A stretch of DNA of 64,000 nt. Source: Obrimoposthia wandeli. Lineage: Eukaryota. Both the position numbers and the translations under genes were made by a program. Location: positions 496,001 through 560,000 of the forward strand of contig CDROCS010002105.1 of NCBI GenBank assembly GCA_977020255.1, read 5' to 3'. Numbering within the stretch: position 1 is the first letter of the stretch; every line of letters begins with the position of its first letter. This document shows, piece by piece, positions 38,428 through 48,841 of this stretch. The notes under the pieces were generated by a model. It did not search any database. It was not told where the DNA came from and saw only the letters and a program-made list of their open reading frames with translations.

Positions 38428-39561
38428 TTACATGTCTTCAATATCGATTTCGATAGTATCAACCGCTGCATCTAATACCGCTTTCACATCTTGTCCTTGT
38501 GCTATTTGAGCAAGAGCTGTTTTCATTGGGCCCCACACTTTCATGAACTCAGGAATGCTTGGCATAGGTTGACCAATGTTCGTCGCATCGAAAATGGCTT
38601 TGTGCAGTGACCCTTCTTTGTAGCTCACAGACAAACTAGGCGAGACTTCGCGTGTATCTGTGTACCATTTTTGTGCATTTTCAGGCGTTGCTAGGAATTT
38701 AATAAAGGCACGAGCGCCTTCTTTGTTATCACTGTAACCATTGACGGTCATCCCTTTTGTCCCAGTTAGGGCTTTGTATGGATGGGTGCCATCCCAACTT
38801 GGGATTGGTGCTGCACCAACGTTAATGCCTGCTTTTTCAATATCAGCAATTGCCCACGGTCCGTTGATGATCGCTTTTAGTTTTCCTTCCATGAAGTATT
38901 TCATCATGATGTCGTAAGCAACGGTATCATCTTGCATTAGCGTCCAGTGACTCACTCCACTGTCATATAAGCCTTGAGCCGCGGCACCTGCTTTGATTGA
39001 ATCAGCCGTATTTAAGCCAATGTCTTGAGGGTTGTTGTCTTTGAATATGTAGCCGCCGTTGGTCATAAACAGACCACCCGCAAAGTAGAAATCAGTAAAT
39101 TTTGCAGCCCAATCTGAAGGTGGGATTTCTTTCAATGTTTTAGGTGCTTCTTTCACCATATCTTTGTTGTAAAGAAATAGGGTAGTGTCCGTAGACATTG
39201 GCACCATATACGTTTTGCCGTTGTACGTTGCGGCGTTAGTTGCGGCATCGGTAAAGCCGTTAATGGTGAAATTGGTTGAAGAAATTAAATGCTGGTCGGC
39301 TAATTCACCAATACGGTCATTAGGGATCATGAAAATATCAGCAATGTTGCCTTTTTGAGTTGGCAATGCACTCAATAGGTCAAACATACTTGTCGCGGCA
39401 ACTTCAACCTTAAAGTCTTTACCTTTGTTGAATTGTTCTGCCAACTCAGTGAAGTAAGGTACGTAGCTTTTTTCTACACCGACTACAATATTCTCTGCTG
39501 CCATTGCCGTATTGCTTAATAGTAAGGCGGTTGAAACGGCAAGCGATATTTTCTTAATCAT
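38428..39561 (-). CDS. Maltodextrin/cyclodextrin-binding periplasmic protein
   Basis: Sec signal ..NTAMA, DIFMIPNDRIG, INGPW, GQPMPSIPEFMKVWGPM. Confidence 0.88.
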   Translation of the reverse strand: MIKKISLAVSTALLLSNTAMAAENIVVGVEKSYVPYFTELAEQFNKGKDFKVEVAATSMFDLLSALPTQKGNIADIFMIPNDRIGELADQHLISSTNFTINGFTDAATNAATYNGKTYMVPMSTDTTLFLYNKDMVKEAPKTLKEIPPSDWAAKFTDFYFAGGLFMTNGGYIFKDNNPQDIGLNTADSIKAGAAAQGLYDSGVSHWTLMQDDTVAYDIMMKYFMEGKLKAIINGPWAIADIEKAGINVGAAPIPSWDGTHPYKALTGTKGMTVNGYSDNKEGARAFIKFLATPENAQKWYTDTREVSPSLSVSYKEGSLHKAIFDATNIGQPMPSIPEFMKVWGPMKTALAQIAQGQDVKAVLDAAVDTIEIDIEDM

Positions 39562-40450
39562 TTAGTTTCTCCTGAAAGGGATAAAGAGTTTTGAGCCGAT
39601 AAAATCACGTTGGTATAATTCGATGGTATCAACAGCTTATGCTTTTTATTAAGCGGTCTCTTAGAGTGCTTCCTGCGATACATGTTTGCTTGTTTATAAA
39701 GCTAAACGTCATTGGGGGTATCATAGGCCGTTGGTGGTATTGGGTGAAATGCAATTTATAACGGTTAGCCATAGAAAAAATGCATATCACATAGATAAAT
39801 GTTATCTACCGCAATGATATCCAAGGTATTCAGTATCTTTGATAGGTTAAAAACGTGATGCCAATGTTACTTCTGGGGCGGGTTTATCGACTCTTGATGA
39901 TTCTGGCTCTTAATGTTGATTGTTTTGGCCCTTAATGCTGGTGGTTTTGGCATTTTAATAAAGGTAGTTAGCTCACAGTTGCTAGCCTTATAAAAGAGGC
40001 TGGCTATCGTAATAAAAATACGTCATGAGTCACTTATATTTTAAAAATGACTCGTTAGGATGCGTGTGAAATATGTTTAACCTCTATTTTTTTCAGTGCA
40101 ATAATGTAATACCATTATAGAAATAGGAACTAGATCATAATTCATAATATTCCTATAAATCGTAATGACTACTCCCTCAATTAATTATTATCTTTTAGAA
40201 AATCACACCACACATTGTTACCTAATTGTTACCTGCCTGATCTTTTTCTGTTGTATTTTTCGGGTTTTAGTTTGTTTAAATTACGTAATACTTTCAGTTT
40301 AACATTAAATTAACCGTGTGGATTTCGTGCGGTGACACTAACGTGCCTGTATCACATTACGGGAGTGACGTTCAGCTTGCTATTTGCGTATGCCTCATAC
40401 TCTTTCCATCGAATCTCCAATACCCTATACATATAATAAAGGATTGAACG

Positions 40451-41425
40451 ATGAAAAAGGTTTTGTTCAAAGTTGCAGCTCTTACTCTGGCTCTTGCTAC
40501 TGCTGGTGTTCAGGCAAAAGACTATGAAATTGTGAACGTCGTGAAAGTATCAGGTATCCCTTGGTTTAACCAAATGAACAAGGGTATTGAGCAGGCAGCT
40601 ACTGACTTTGGCGTTAATGCCCGTCAGTTAGGCCCATCTACTCCCGATCCCGCACAGCAAGTAAAGATCATTGAAGATCTGATTGCTAAAGGGGTAGACG
40701 CTATAACCGTTGTTCCTAATGATGTAACGGTATTAGAACCAGTATTTAAGAAAGCACGTGAGAAGGGCATTATTGTACTGACTCACGAATCTCCAGATGG
40801 GCATAATGCCGACTGGGATATCGAAACCATTGATAACCAAGCTTATGCTAAAGCGACAATGGATGAACTTGCGAAAAATATGGGCAAGAAAGGGGGTTAT
40901 GCGGTTTATGTTGGATCGTTAACCGTTCCATTGCATAACAACTGGGCAAATTTAGCGATTGATTATCAAAAAATGGCTTACCCAGACATGTATGAAGTCA
41001 CAAGCCGTATGCCTGTCGCAGAAAGTATTGACGCTTCGTATGCTGCAACTAATGATTTAATGAAAGCACACCCAGATATGACGGGCATTGTTTCTTATGG
41101 CTCTCTCGGTGCTATTGGTGCTGGTGAGGCAATTAAGAAAAAGCGTGCTAAGAACAAAATGAGTACTGTTGGCATTATGATGCCAAGCCAAGCGGCACCG
41201 TATTTAATGCGTGGTGAAATCGATAAAGGCTTCTTGTGGAATCCGGCAGATGCGGGTTATGCAATGGTTGCTGTGGCTAAACAAATGCTGGACGGTCAAA
41301 AAGTGGTTGATGGTGTAACCGTTGATAAGCTTGGCGTTGCAGAGATCGATCAAGAAAATCGTGTGATTAAGTTTAACAGAATCCTAGTCGTGGATAAGTC
41401 AAACGCTCGCGATCTTGGTTTCTAA
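40451..41425 (+). CDS. Sugar ABC substrate-binding protein (LsrB/AI-2-binding-like class)
   Basis: Signal peptide, VVKVSGIPWFNQM, QVKIIEDLIAKGVDAITVVPND, LWNPADAGY. Confidence 0.85.
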   Translation: MKKVLFKVAALTLALATAGVQAKDYEIVNVVKVSGIPWFNQMNKGIEQAATDFGVNARQLGPSTPDPAQQVKIIEDLIAKGVDAITVVPNDVTVLEPVFKKAREKGIIVLTHESPDGHNADWDIETIDNQAYAKATMDELAKNMGKKGGYAVYVGSLTVPLHNNWANLAIDYQKMAYPDMYEVTSRMPVAESIDASYAATNDLMKAHPDMTGIVSYGSLGAIGAGEAIKKKRAKNKMSTVGIMMPSQAAPYLMRGEIDKGFLWNPADAGYAMVAVAKQMLDGQKVVDGVTVDKLGVAEIDQENRVIKFNRILVVDKSNARDLGF

Positions 41426-41485
41426 TTACACGATCAATATTTTGTTCTGGGCAGTGCAATGCTGCCCTTTAGCTGGAAATCCATC

Positions 41486-42979
41486 ATGTCAAACGAAGCA
41501 TTTATTACCTTAAAGCGTGTATCCAAGCATTTTGGTTCCGTTAAGGCCCTTGATGGCATCAACTTAACTTTTAATAAAGGTGAAGTGCATTGCTTAGCAG
41601 GGAAAAATGGTTGTGGAAAAAGTACCTTATTTAAAGTGATCTCTGGGGTACATGCACCAGAAAAAGGTGCAGAGATTGTACTTGATGGGAAAACCTATTC
41701 TCGCTTGAATCCGCAGCAATCCATAGAGCATGGGATTCAGGTTATCTATCAAGATTTATCTTTATTTCCTAACCTTACTGTCGCTGAAAATATTGCCGTG
41801 CAAGATCACATGGCATGGACGAAAGGCTTAGTTAAGCAAGCGCGTTTAGATGCGATAGCCAAGGCGGCGATGGATAAAGTGGGGGTATCACTTCCTTTAA
41901 CTAAACGTGTAGAGCAACTTTCTATTGCAGAGTGCCAGTTAGTCGCGATTTGTCGTGCAATGGCGTCGGACGCCAAGCTTGTCATTATGGACGAACCAAC
42001 GGCTTCTCTGACTCGCACCGAAGTAAACAGCTTAATTAAGGTGGTTGCAGATTTAAAGTCTAAAGGCATCACTGTTGTGTTTGTTAGCCACAAGTTGGAT
42101 GAGGTAATGGAGATTTCTGATCGTATAACGGTTATTCGTGACGGCAAAACCATTGGTACGTATCCAGCGGAAGAAATTAATAGTGAAGAACTGGCGTTCT
42201 TAATGACGGGGCAACGTTTTGAGTATTCTCCGTTAGGCGAATATAAACAGCAAGGAGACATGAAGTTAGAGGTTACCAACCTGACTAAAGAAGGTCAGTT
42301 TAGTGATATTAATCTTCAGGTTCGTGCTGGTGAGATTGTCTCTATAACGGGGTTGCTAGGCTCAGGTCGTACTGAGTTATGTTTGGCTTTATTTGGTATG
42401 ACGAAGCCCGATAGCGGTCAAATGAAGGTTAATGGCAAGCTTGTTGAATTTAGCTCTAACAGAGATGCGATTGCTCATGGCATTGGTTATGTATCGGAAG
42501 ACAGAATGAGTACCGGATTAGTTATGGATCAATCCATACAAGACAACATCACAGCGGCTGTTCTGCCTCGATTGAAAAGAACGAATGGTTTTCTTGATCA
42601 TATTAAAGCGACAAAATTAGTTGGAACACTCATTTCTTCGCTATCCATTAAAGTTGCTGATCCAATGTTACCTGTAACCAGTTTATCGGGCGGTAACGCT
42701 CAGCGAATTTCTATTGCTAAGTGGATTGCGGCTGAGCCTGATGTGTTGATTCTCGACTCTCCAACTGTGGGCGTTGATATTGCGAATAAAGAAAGTATTT
42801 ATCAGATAGCAAAAGATCTCGCCTTAAAGGGGATGGCTATCATCATGGTGAGCGATGAGATTCCAGAAGTCTTTTACAACAGCCATCGGGTGATTGTTAT
42901 GAAAGATGGACATTTTTCTCATGACTTTCATCCAGAAACTTCTTCAGAAAAAGAAATCATGGAGGCCGTCAATGCGTGA
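41486..42979 (+). CDS. Sugar ABC ATPase (RbsA-type, two NBDs)
   Basis: GKNGCGKST, IMDEPTASL, LSGGNAQR, LDSPTVGVD. Confidence 0.93.
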   Translation: MSNEAFITLKRVSKHFGSVKALDGINLTFNKGEVHCLAGKNGCGKSTLFKVISGVHAPEKGAEIVLDGKTYSRLNPQQSIEHGIQVIYQDLSLFPNLTVAENIAVQDHMAWTKGLVKQARLDAIAKAAMDKVGVSLPLTKRVEQLSIAECQLVAICRAMASDAKLVIMDEPTASLTRTEVNSLIKVVADLKSKGITVVFVSHKLDEVMEISDRITVIRDGKTIGTYPAEEINSEELAFLMTGQRFEYSPLGEYKQQGDMKLEVTNLTKEGQFSDINLQVRAGEIVSITGLLGSGRTELCLALFGMTKPDSGQMKVNGKLVEFSSNRDAIAHGIGYVSEDRMSTGLVMDQSIQDNITAAVLPRLKRTNGFLDHIKATKLVGTLISSLSIKVADPMLPVTSLSGGNAQRISIAKWIAAEPDVLILDSPTVGVDIANKESIYQIAKDLALKGMAIIMVSDEIPEVFYNSHRVIVMKDGHFSHDFHPETSSEKEIMEAVNA

Positions 42980-43970
42980 TCATATTCGTTTTCATTGGAG
43001 TGCTTTAATAAAGCGTCATGAATTTTATCTGGCAGTTCTTATTGGTTTAATGGTTGTTGGATTAGGAATAAGCTCAGAAGATTTTTTAACGCTGGGCAAT
43101 ATTTTCGATATGTCTGTGAGTTCTGCCATTTTAGGCATCATGGCTTGTGGGCTTTTTGTTGTATTGATCGCAGGTGGTATTGATATTTCATTTCCAGCCA
43201 CTGCTGCGATAGCGCAGTACGTTATGGCGACCTATGTGTTGTCTATTGGTGGAAACTTCTTTATTGCTTTTCTGATTGCCGCTGCTGTGGGTATGTTGCT
43301 TGGTCTGATTAATGCCGTATTGGTATATAAGCTGAAAGTACCTGCCATTATTATTACGATTTCGACGCTCAATTTATTCTTTGGTTTACTTATTTATTTT
43401 AGCAATGGTGCTTGGTTATACGGTTTTCCTGATTGGTTTATGGATGGCGTTGAGTTGTTCACCTTTGTGGGTAGTGACGGATACGATTATGGCTTCTCTC
43501 TTCCAATCATAATGCTTGTAGCTGTTGTTTCATTTACGTCATTTTTGATGTCTAAAACACGGTTAGGTCGTCAGATATATGCGATGGGTGGTAATGCAGA
43601 TGCAGCAAGCCGGATTGGTATTAATTTATTTGGTATCAACCTTTTTGTTTACGGTTATATGGGAGCATTAGCGGGAATTGCCTCAGTAGTGCAAACCCAA
43701 ATTACACAGTCAGTTGCTCCGAACTCCTTAATGGGTTTTGAGCTGACGGTTTTGGCTGCTGTGGTATTAGGTGGAACAAGTATGACAGGGGGAAAAGGCA
43801 CGTTAATGGGGGTTGTTCTTGGTGTGGCGCTGTTAGCCATTTTGAAGAACGGATTAACGCTGCTGGGTGTTCCTTCCTATTGGCATGCGGTTGTCACTGG
43901 TCTCATCATTGTATTCAGCATCAGTATGACTGCACTGAATGAAAAGAAACAAGCATTGCAGGGGGCGTAA
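42972..43970 (+). CDS. Sugar ABC permease (RbsC type)
   Basis: GGIDISF, IYAMGGNADAA, ELTVLAAVVLGG; ATG 42972 overlaps the ATPase stop. Confidence 0.92.
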   Translation: MRDHIRFHWSALIKRHEFYLAVLIGLMVVGLGISSEDFLTLGNIFDMSVSSAILGIMACGLFVVLIAGGIDISFPATAAIAQYVMATYVLSIGGNFFIAFLIAAAVGMLLGLINAVLVYKLKVPAIIITISTLNLFFGLLIYFSNGAWLYGFPDWFMDGVELFTFVGSDGYDYGFSLPIIMLVAVVSFTSFLMSKTRLGRQIYAMGGNADAASRIGINLFGINLFVYGYMGALAGIASVVQTQITQSVAPNSLMGFELTVLAAVVLGGTSMTGGKGTLMGVVLGVALLAILKNGLTLLGVPSYWHAVVTGLIIVFSISMTALNEKKQALQGA

Positions 43971-44929
43971 TGGATCATATATTGAACGCATTGAAGCTGC
44001 CAACGGACAGAAATATTCGTTATTTATTGGTTATTTTAGTCAGTATTATGGCCATCATGGCTGTTGCTAGTGGTGATATATTCTTCTCGCTGGCAAATTT
44101 ACAATCCATGTCGTCACAAATGCCATTATTGGGGATGTTAGCGCTCGCCATGGCAGTGTGCATGCTTACTGGTGGTATTAACCTCTCGATTATTGCAACG
44201 ACCAATGCGTGTAGTTTGGTCATGGCAAGTATTATCACGATGGCACCCGATAATGGAATGGTACTGTTATTAGCATTGGTGGCTGGTTTAGTTACTGCGA
44301 TTGTGATTGGTTTACTTAATGGTGCTTTAATTGCTTATGTCGGTGTTTCGCCAATATTGGCAACACTCGGAATGATGACATTAATTAATGGCCTAAACGT
44401 ATTGATTTCTGGTGGCAGTGTTATGTCGGGTTTCCCAGAATCATTACTCGTGCTAGGTAATGGTGCATTTTTTGGTATTCCAATGCCACTGATCCTCTTC
44501 GTGTTTTTTGCTATTGGCTTGTGGGGCTTACTTGAGCACACCAGCCTTGGTCGCACTATCTATTTGATGGGCTCGAATGAGAAAGCAACTCGATTCTCTG
44601 GTATCAATACACAAAAAACGGTTCTTTATGTGTATGCGATCTCATCGATTCTTTGCTGGGTTGCTGCACTGATTATGATGGCGAAATTCAATTCGGCTAA
44701 AGCTGGCTATGGGGAATCCTATTTATTGATTGCTATCTTAGCATCGGTGCTAGGGGGTATTAATCCAGATGGTGGTTTCGGTCGAATTATTGGTATTGGC
44801 TTGGCATTGATTGTATTGCAAACGTTAGAGAGCGGTCTGAACTTATTAGGCGTCAGCAGTTATCTAACGATGGCTCTTTGGGGTGGTATTTTAATTCTAT
44901 TCATTACCCTACAAAAACGTAAAGCTTAG
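43970..44929 (+). CDS. Sugar ABC permease (RbsC type)
   Basis: TGGINLS, MGSNEKATRFSGI, ILASVLGG. Confidence 0.92.
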   Translation: MDHILNALKLPTDRNIRYLLVILVSIMAIMAVASGDIFFSLANLQSMSSQMPLLGMLALAMAVCMLTGGINLSIIATTNACSLVMASIITMAPDNGMVLLLALVAGLVTAIVIGLLNGALIAYVGVSPILATLGMMTLINGLNVLISGGSVMSGFPESLLVLGNGAFFGIPMPLILFVFFAIGLWGLLEHTSLGRTIYLMGSNEKATRFSGINTQKTVLYVYAISSILCWVAALIMMAKFNSAKAGYGESYLLIAILASVLGGINPDGGFGRIIGIGLALIVLQTLESGLNLLGVSSYLTMALWGGILILFITLQKRKA

Positions 44930-44942
44930 TGGAGAGAGCAAA

Positions 44943-46577
44943 ATGAGTATTTATTTTATTGGCGTTGATGTTGGTAGTGGCAGCGCAAGAGCGGGTGTTT
45001 TCGATGCCTCTGGTCGAAAAGTCGGTGAAGCAAAACGCGACACACAAATGTTCAAACCTCGTGCCGATTTTGTTGAGCAATCATCTGAAGATATTTGGCA
45101 AAGTGTGTGTATGGCGGTAAGAGATGCTGTTTCACAAGCGAGTATTGATCCGATTCAAGTAAAAGGCATTGGCTTTGATGCAACGTGTTCATTAGTTGTT
45201 TTGGATAAGAAAGGCCAACCTTTAACGGTAAGCCCAACGGGTCGTAGTGAACAAAATGTCATTATGTGGATGGATCACCGCGCCATTGCACAAGCAGAGC
45301 GTATTAATGCGACAGAACATCCGGTATTAGCGTATGTGGGAAATCGTATCTCTCCTGAAATGCAAACACCGAAGTTGCTTTGGCTAAAGCAAAATATGCC
45401 AAATACTTGGTCACAAGCTAAATATTTTTTTGATTTACCCGATTTTTTAACGTGGAAAGCAACGTTTGATGATAGCCGCTCTCTTTGTTCGACCGTGTGT
45501 AAATGGACATACCTTGGTCATGAAGATAAGTGGGACACACACTTTTTCGAACGTATTGGATTAGATGATTTGCTTGCTGATGGAGCAAAGTCTATTGGCA
45601 ATGTTATTAAGCCAATGGGAGAGCCTGTAGGGCAAGGTTTAACTGCACATGCCGCCGATGATTTAGGTTTAATACGCGGTACGCCTGTTGGTACGTCGAT
45701 TATCGATGCTCATGCTGGTGGTATTGGTGTTCTGGGGGCTGCCGGTATGACTGGTGAAACTGCAGATTTTAATAAGCGCTTGGCATTAATCGGCGGAACG
45801 TCATCTTGCCATATGGCGGCATCAAAGACAGCACGCTTTATCGATGGTGTATGGGGAGCCTATTATGGCGCAATGATACCAAATCATTGGCTTAATGAAG
45901 GTGGTCAATCTGCTACAGGGGCGTTAATTGACCATATAATCACGTCGAATCCGTTATATGATCAACTAAAAGCACAAGCAAAGAAAGATGAGACAACGGT
46001 TTATCAATTACTGAATGATCATTTGTTGAAACTCGCTGGTTCTAAAGAAGATATTGCGTTTCTAACGAAAGATATTCATGTCTTGCCCTATTTTCACGGT
46101 AACCGCTCTCCACGAGCCAACCCAAATCTTACTGGTACAATTACCGGGCTAAAAATGTCGAAGACAATCGATGATATTGCATTGGCGTATCTAGCGACAA
46201 TTCAAGCCATTGCGTTAGGAACAAGACATATTATTGAAGTAATGAATCAGTCGGGATATGAGATTGATACCATTATGGGCTGTGGCGGTGGAACAAAAAA
46301 TGCGATTTTTGTTCAAGAGCATGCGAATGCAACTGGTTGTCTAATGTTACTACCAGAAGAAAGTGAAGCCGTATTATTGGGCTCTGCAATGCTAGGTTCA
46401 GTAGCGGCAGGTTTTTATTCCGATATTCCAGATGCGATGAATGCAATGAGCCGTATTGGAAAAGCAGTGACACCACAAACGGACAAAATTAAGCGTTTTT
46501 ATGATATGAAATATCAAATTTTCCATCAGATGTATGAAGACGATATAAAGTACAAACAGCTGATGTCTGAATTCTAA
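44943..46577 (+). CDS. FGGY-family pentulose kinase (D-ribulokinase-like)
   Basis: IGVDVGSGSARA, GIGFDATCSL, WMDHRA, SPEMQTPK, IIDAHAG, GGTSSCHM, FHGNRSP. Confidence 0.9.
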   Translation: MSIYFIGVDVGSGSARAGVFDASGRKVGEAKRDTQMFKPRADFVEQSSEDIWQSVCMAVRDAVSQASIDPIQVKGIGFDATCSLVVLDKKGQPLTVSPTGRSEQNVIMWMDHRAIAQAERINATEHPVLAYVGNRISPEMQTPKLLWLKQNMPNTWSQAKYFFDLPDFLTWKATFDDSRSLCSTVCKWTYLGHEDKWDTHFFERIGLDDLLADGAKSIGNVIKPMGEPVGQGLTAHAADDLGLIRGTPVGTSIIDAHAGGIGVLGAAGMTGETADFNKRLALIGGTSSCHMAASKTARFIDGVWGAYYGAMIPNHWLNEGGQSATGALIDHIITSNPLYDQLKAQAKKDETTVYQLLNDHLLKLAGSKEDIAFLTKDIHVLPYFHGNRSPRANPNLTGTITGLKMSKTIDDIALAYLATIQAIALGTRHIIEVMNQSGYEIDTIMGCGGGTKNAIFVQEHANATGCLMLLPEESEAVLLGSAMLGSVAAGFYSDIPDAMNAMSRIGKAVTPQTDKIKRFYDMKYQIFHQMYEDDIKYKQLMSEF

Positions 46578-46600
46578 ACAATTACTTCACCCTAGTGTAT

Positions 46601-46630
46601 AAAAAGGCCTCTTTTATTGAGGCCGTTTTT
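46601..46630 (+). terminator. Intrinsic terminator
   Basis: AAAAAGGCCTC...GAGGCCGTTTTT. Confidence 0.7.
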
Positions 46631-46786
46631 GTATGGGAGAAGTCATTCGCACTTTTTTCTTTTCCTGTATCTCTATGCCTTTCACTTCGTTTTCTAAGAG
46701 GTTGAAAATTATCGATGAAACGAGCATTTTTAGGTAACTTGGGTATACAATCAGTAACTGTAATTATTGAGAGATGGTAATCATTC

Positions 46787-47728
46787 GTGAAGAATTTTGA
46801 CGTTAACTTATTACGGGTGTTGGCTGTATTACTCGAAGAGCGCAGCGTGACAGCGGCGGCATCACGTTTATACCTCAGCCAATCGGCTGTCAGTAAACAA
46901 TTGGCTAAACTGCGTGAAACCTTTGATGACCCGCTTTTTGAACGTCAGTCTAAGGGGTTACTTCCTACCCCGAAGGCGTTGTCTCTTGCACCCAGTATTC
47001 ATGAGATCTTACGTCAGATTGATCAGCTAGCGATTCCTACAAAGTTTGAACCAGAAAAAAGCCAGCGTACGTTTACTTTTGACCTTGTAGAAACAGCATA
47101 TACAGTAACGTATTCGCGTTTTATGCCGAGCTTACTTAAGCAAGCGCCCGGTATTAGTATTAATAGCCGTACATGGCGCGATGAGAGTTTGAATCGGTTA
47201 TTGAGGCGTGAAATTGATTTTGGAATTGGGATTTTTGAATGGGACGAACGTGCCAAATCTCATTACCTTAATATTCCTGATGAGCTTAATTATGTTGAGC
47301 TGGTACGGGACTATTCGATTTGCCTAATGCGCAAAGGACATCCTGCGTTGCAAGAAGAATGGAATATTGATACTTTTTTAAAATATCGTCACTTAGAAGT
47401 CACTATTGGTGGCATTAGTGGTTGGTTATTAAAAGAGGTACTCGAGATTGAGCGCAAGCAACTCGACAGTGCGGTCAATATGTCGGATGTACAGAGTGCA
47501 GTGAAGTTGTGTGAGCAGAGTGACTTACTGATGTGTTATCCGTTTTCTGCGGTTAAAGCATTAAACATGGATGCTAATCTCGTTGTTAAGCCGCTCCCAA
47601 TAAAACTCGAACCGGGTGGATATGCGTTACTTTGGCATCGCCATTTTGACAACGATCCGAGTCATAAATGGTTACGAGAGCTGATTATAGGTCTTGCTTC
47701 TGATGACGAAATTCTGCGCAACGCATAA
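46787..47728 (+). CDS. LysR-family transcriptional regulator
   Basis: FDVNLLRVL..ERSVTAAASRLYLSQSAVSKQLAKLRETFDDPLFER. Confidence 0.94.
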   Translation: MKNFDVNLLRVLAVLLEERSVTAAASRLYLSQSAVSKQLAKLRETFDDPLFERQSKGLLPTPKALSLAPSIHEILRQIDQLAIPTKFEPEKSQRTFTFDLVETAYTVTYSRFMPSLLKQAPGISINSRTWRDESLNRLLRREIDFGIGIFEWDERAKSHYLNIPDELNYVELVRDYSICLMRKGHPALQEEWNIDTFLKYRHLEVTIGGISGWLLKEVLEIERKQLDSAVNMSDVQSAVKLCEQSDLLMCYPFSAVKALNMDANLVVKPLPIKLEPGGYALLWHRHFDNDPSHKWLRELIIGLASDDEILRNA

Positions 47729-47882
47729 ACATTAAGACGGTGTAGTGCTGCTCAAGCCCGTAAATATTAAATGGAATAGGCCCCGTAGTATCTCTTCTGA
47801 CGGGTTTTCAGGGGTAGAGCATTTAAGTGATATGATCTAGACCCCAATACAATCAGAATGTTATCTGAATGGCTTTCACAAT

Positions 47883-48761
47883 ATGAATATACCTGAAGTT
47901 GGTTTTAACCACACAAAAACGGCAAACCGCGAAATCGAAATCATTGATTTAGAACAATTGTACCAACGTAAAGATAATCTTAATCATAACCCTACCTTGC
48001 CACACCGCGTCGACTTCAATCAGATTATTCATATCGAAGAGGGGGAGGGAAGTCATTTAATAGACTTTGTGAACTACCCTTATGAATCGGGTGCATTTAT
48101 TTTCATTCAAAAAAATCAAGTGCATGCGTTTGATTTTAGCCAGAAACCGAAAGGTAAAATACTGCTCTTTACGCAAGAGTTTATCAATCAAGCGCTTGCG
48201 AACATGAGATTGCCAGAATTTACGCCAACCCACTTAGAGTACTCTTATCAGCCTGTGTTTATTCCTGGCTCAGAAGCCATGAGCAGCAGCAAAAAGCTAT
48301 TGGCTGAAATCAGTAAAGAGCTTGTGCATCAGGAATCAGATCCTTTAATCGTCATGTTTCTGTTTTCATCATTGTCGTTAATTCTGCGCCGAGTGATGCC
48401 AGAGAATCATCATGATAGATTAAACAAAGATCAACTCGGTAAGTTCTCTGATTTTGTTGATTTGCTTGAAGAAAAATTCCGTCACTCTCGAGATGCTACT
48501 TATTACGCTGATCATCTGCACACGACTTATAAAACCTTAAATCAGATCTGCAAATTAGCGACCAATCAAACGGCTAAGCAACTTATCGATGCTTACACTA
48601 TTTTGGAAGCAAAAAGGCGACTTGTATTAGATGGGTTACCAACTCAGCAGCTTGCTTATGAATTTGGCTTTGAAGATGCCAGCAATTTTGTAAAGTACTT
48701 TAAAAAACATACATTGATCACCCCATCACGCTTTCAGAAACAGTTTGACGTTCGGCTTTAA
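47883..48761 (+). CDS. AraC-family transcriptional regulator
   Basis: Cupin-like PHRVDF..G.G.H.IDF; C-terminal QLAYEFGFEDASNFVKYFKKHTLITPSRF. Confidence 0.93.
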   Translation: MNIPEVGFNHTKTANREIEIIDLEQLYQRKDNLNHNPTLPHRVDFNQIIHIEEGEGSHLIDFVNYPYESGAFIFIQKNQVHAFDFSQKPKGKILLFTQEFINQALANMRLPEFTPTHLEYSYQPVFIPGSEAMSSSKKLLAEISKELVHQESDPLIVMFLFSSLSLILRRVMPENHHDRLNKDQLGKFSDFVDLLEEKFRHSRDATYYADHLHTTYKTLNQICKLATNQTAKQLIDAYTILEAKRRLVLDGLPTQQLAYEFGFEDASNFVKYFKKHTLITPSRFQKQFDVRL

Positions 48762-48841
48762 CCATTATTCCGCCTGTACTGACCATGTGAGTTCTGTCTT
48801 TTATCATTACTATTACTTCATTCCAACGAGAGGTAAAAATC

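Noticed and set aside
39600-40450. CRP sites in the divergent sugar-operon promoter region
   Set aside because: Only half-sites or wrong spacing (e.g. CGTGC-N5-TCACA); not supportable.
40451-46577. Complete lsr AI-2 quorum-sensing operon
   Set aside because: No LsrR, LsrF or LsrG, and the kinase has ribulokinase-type rather than LsrK-type motifs.
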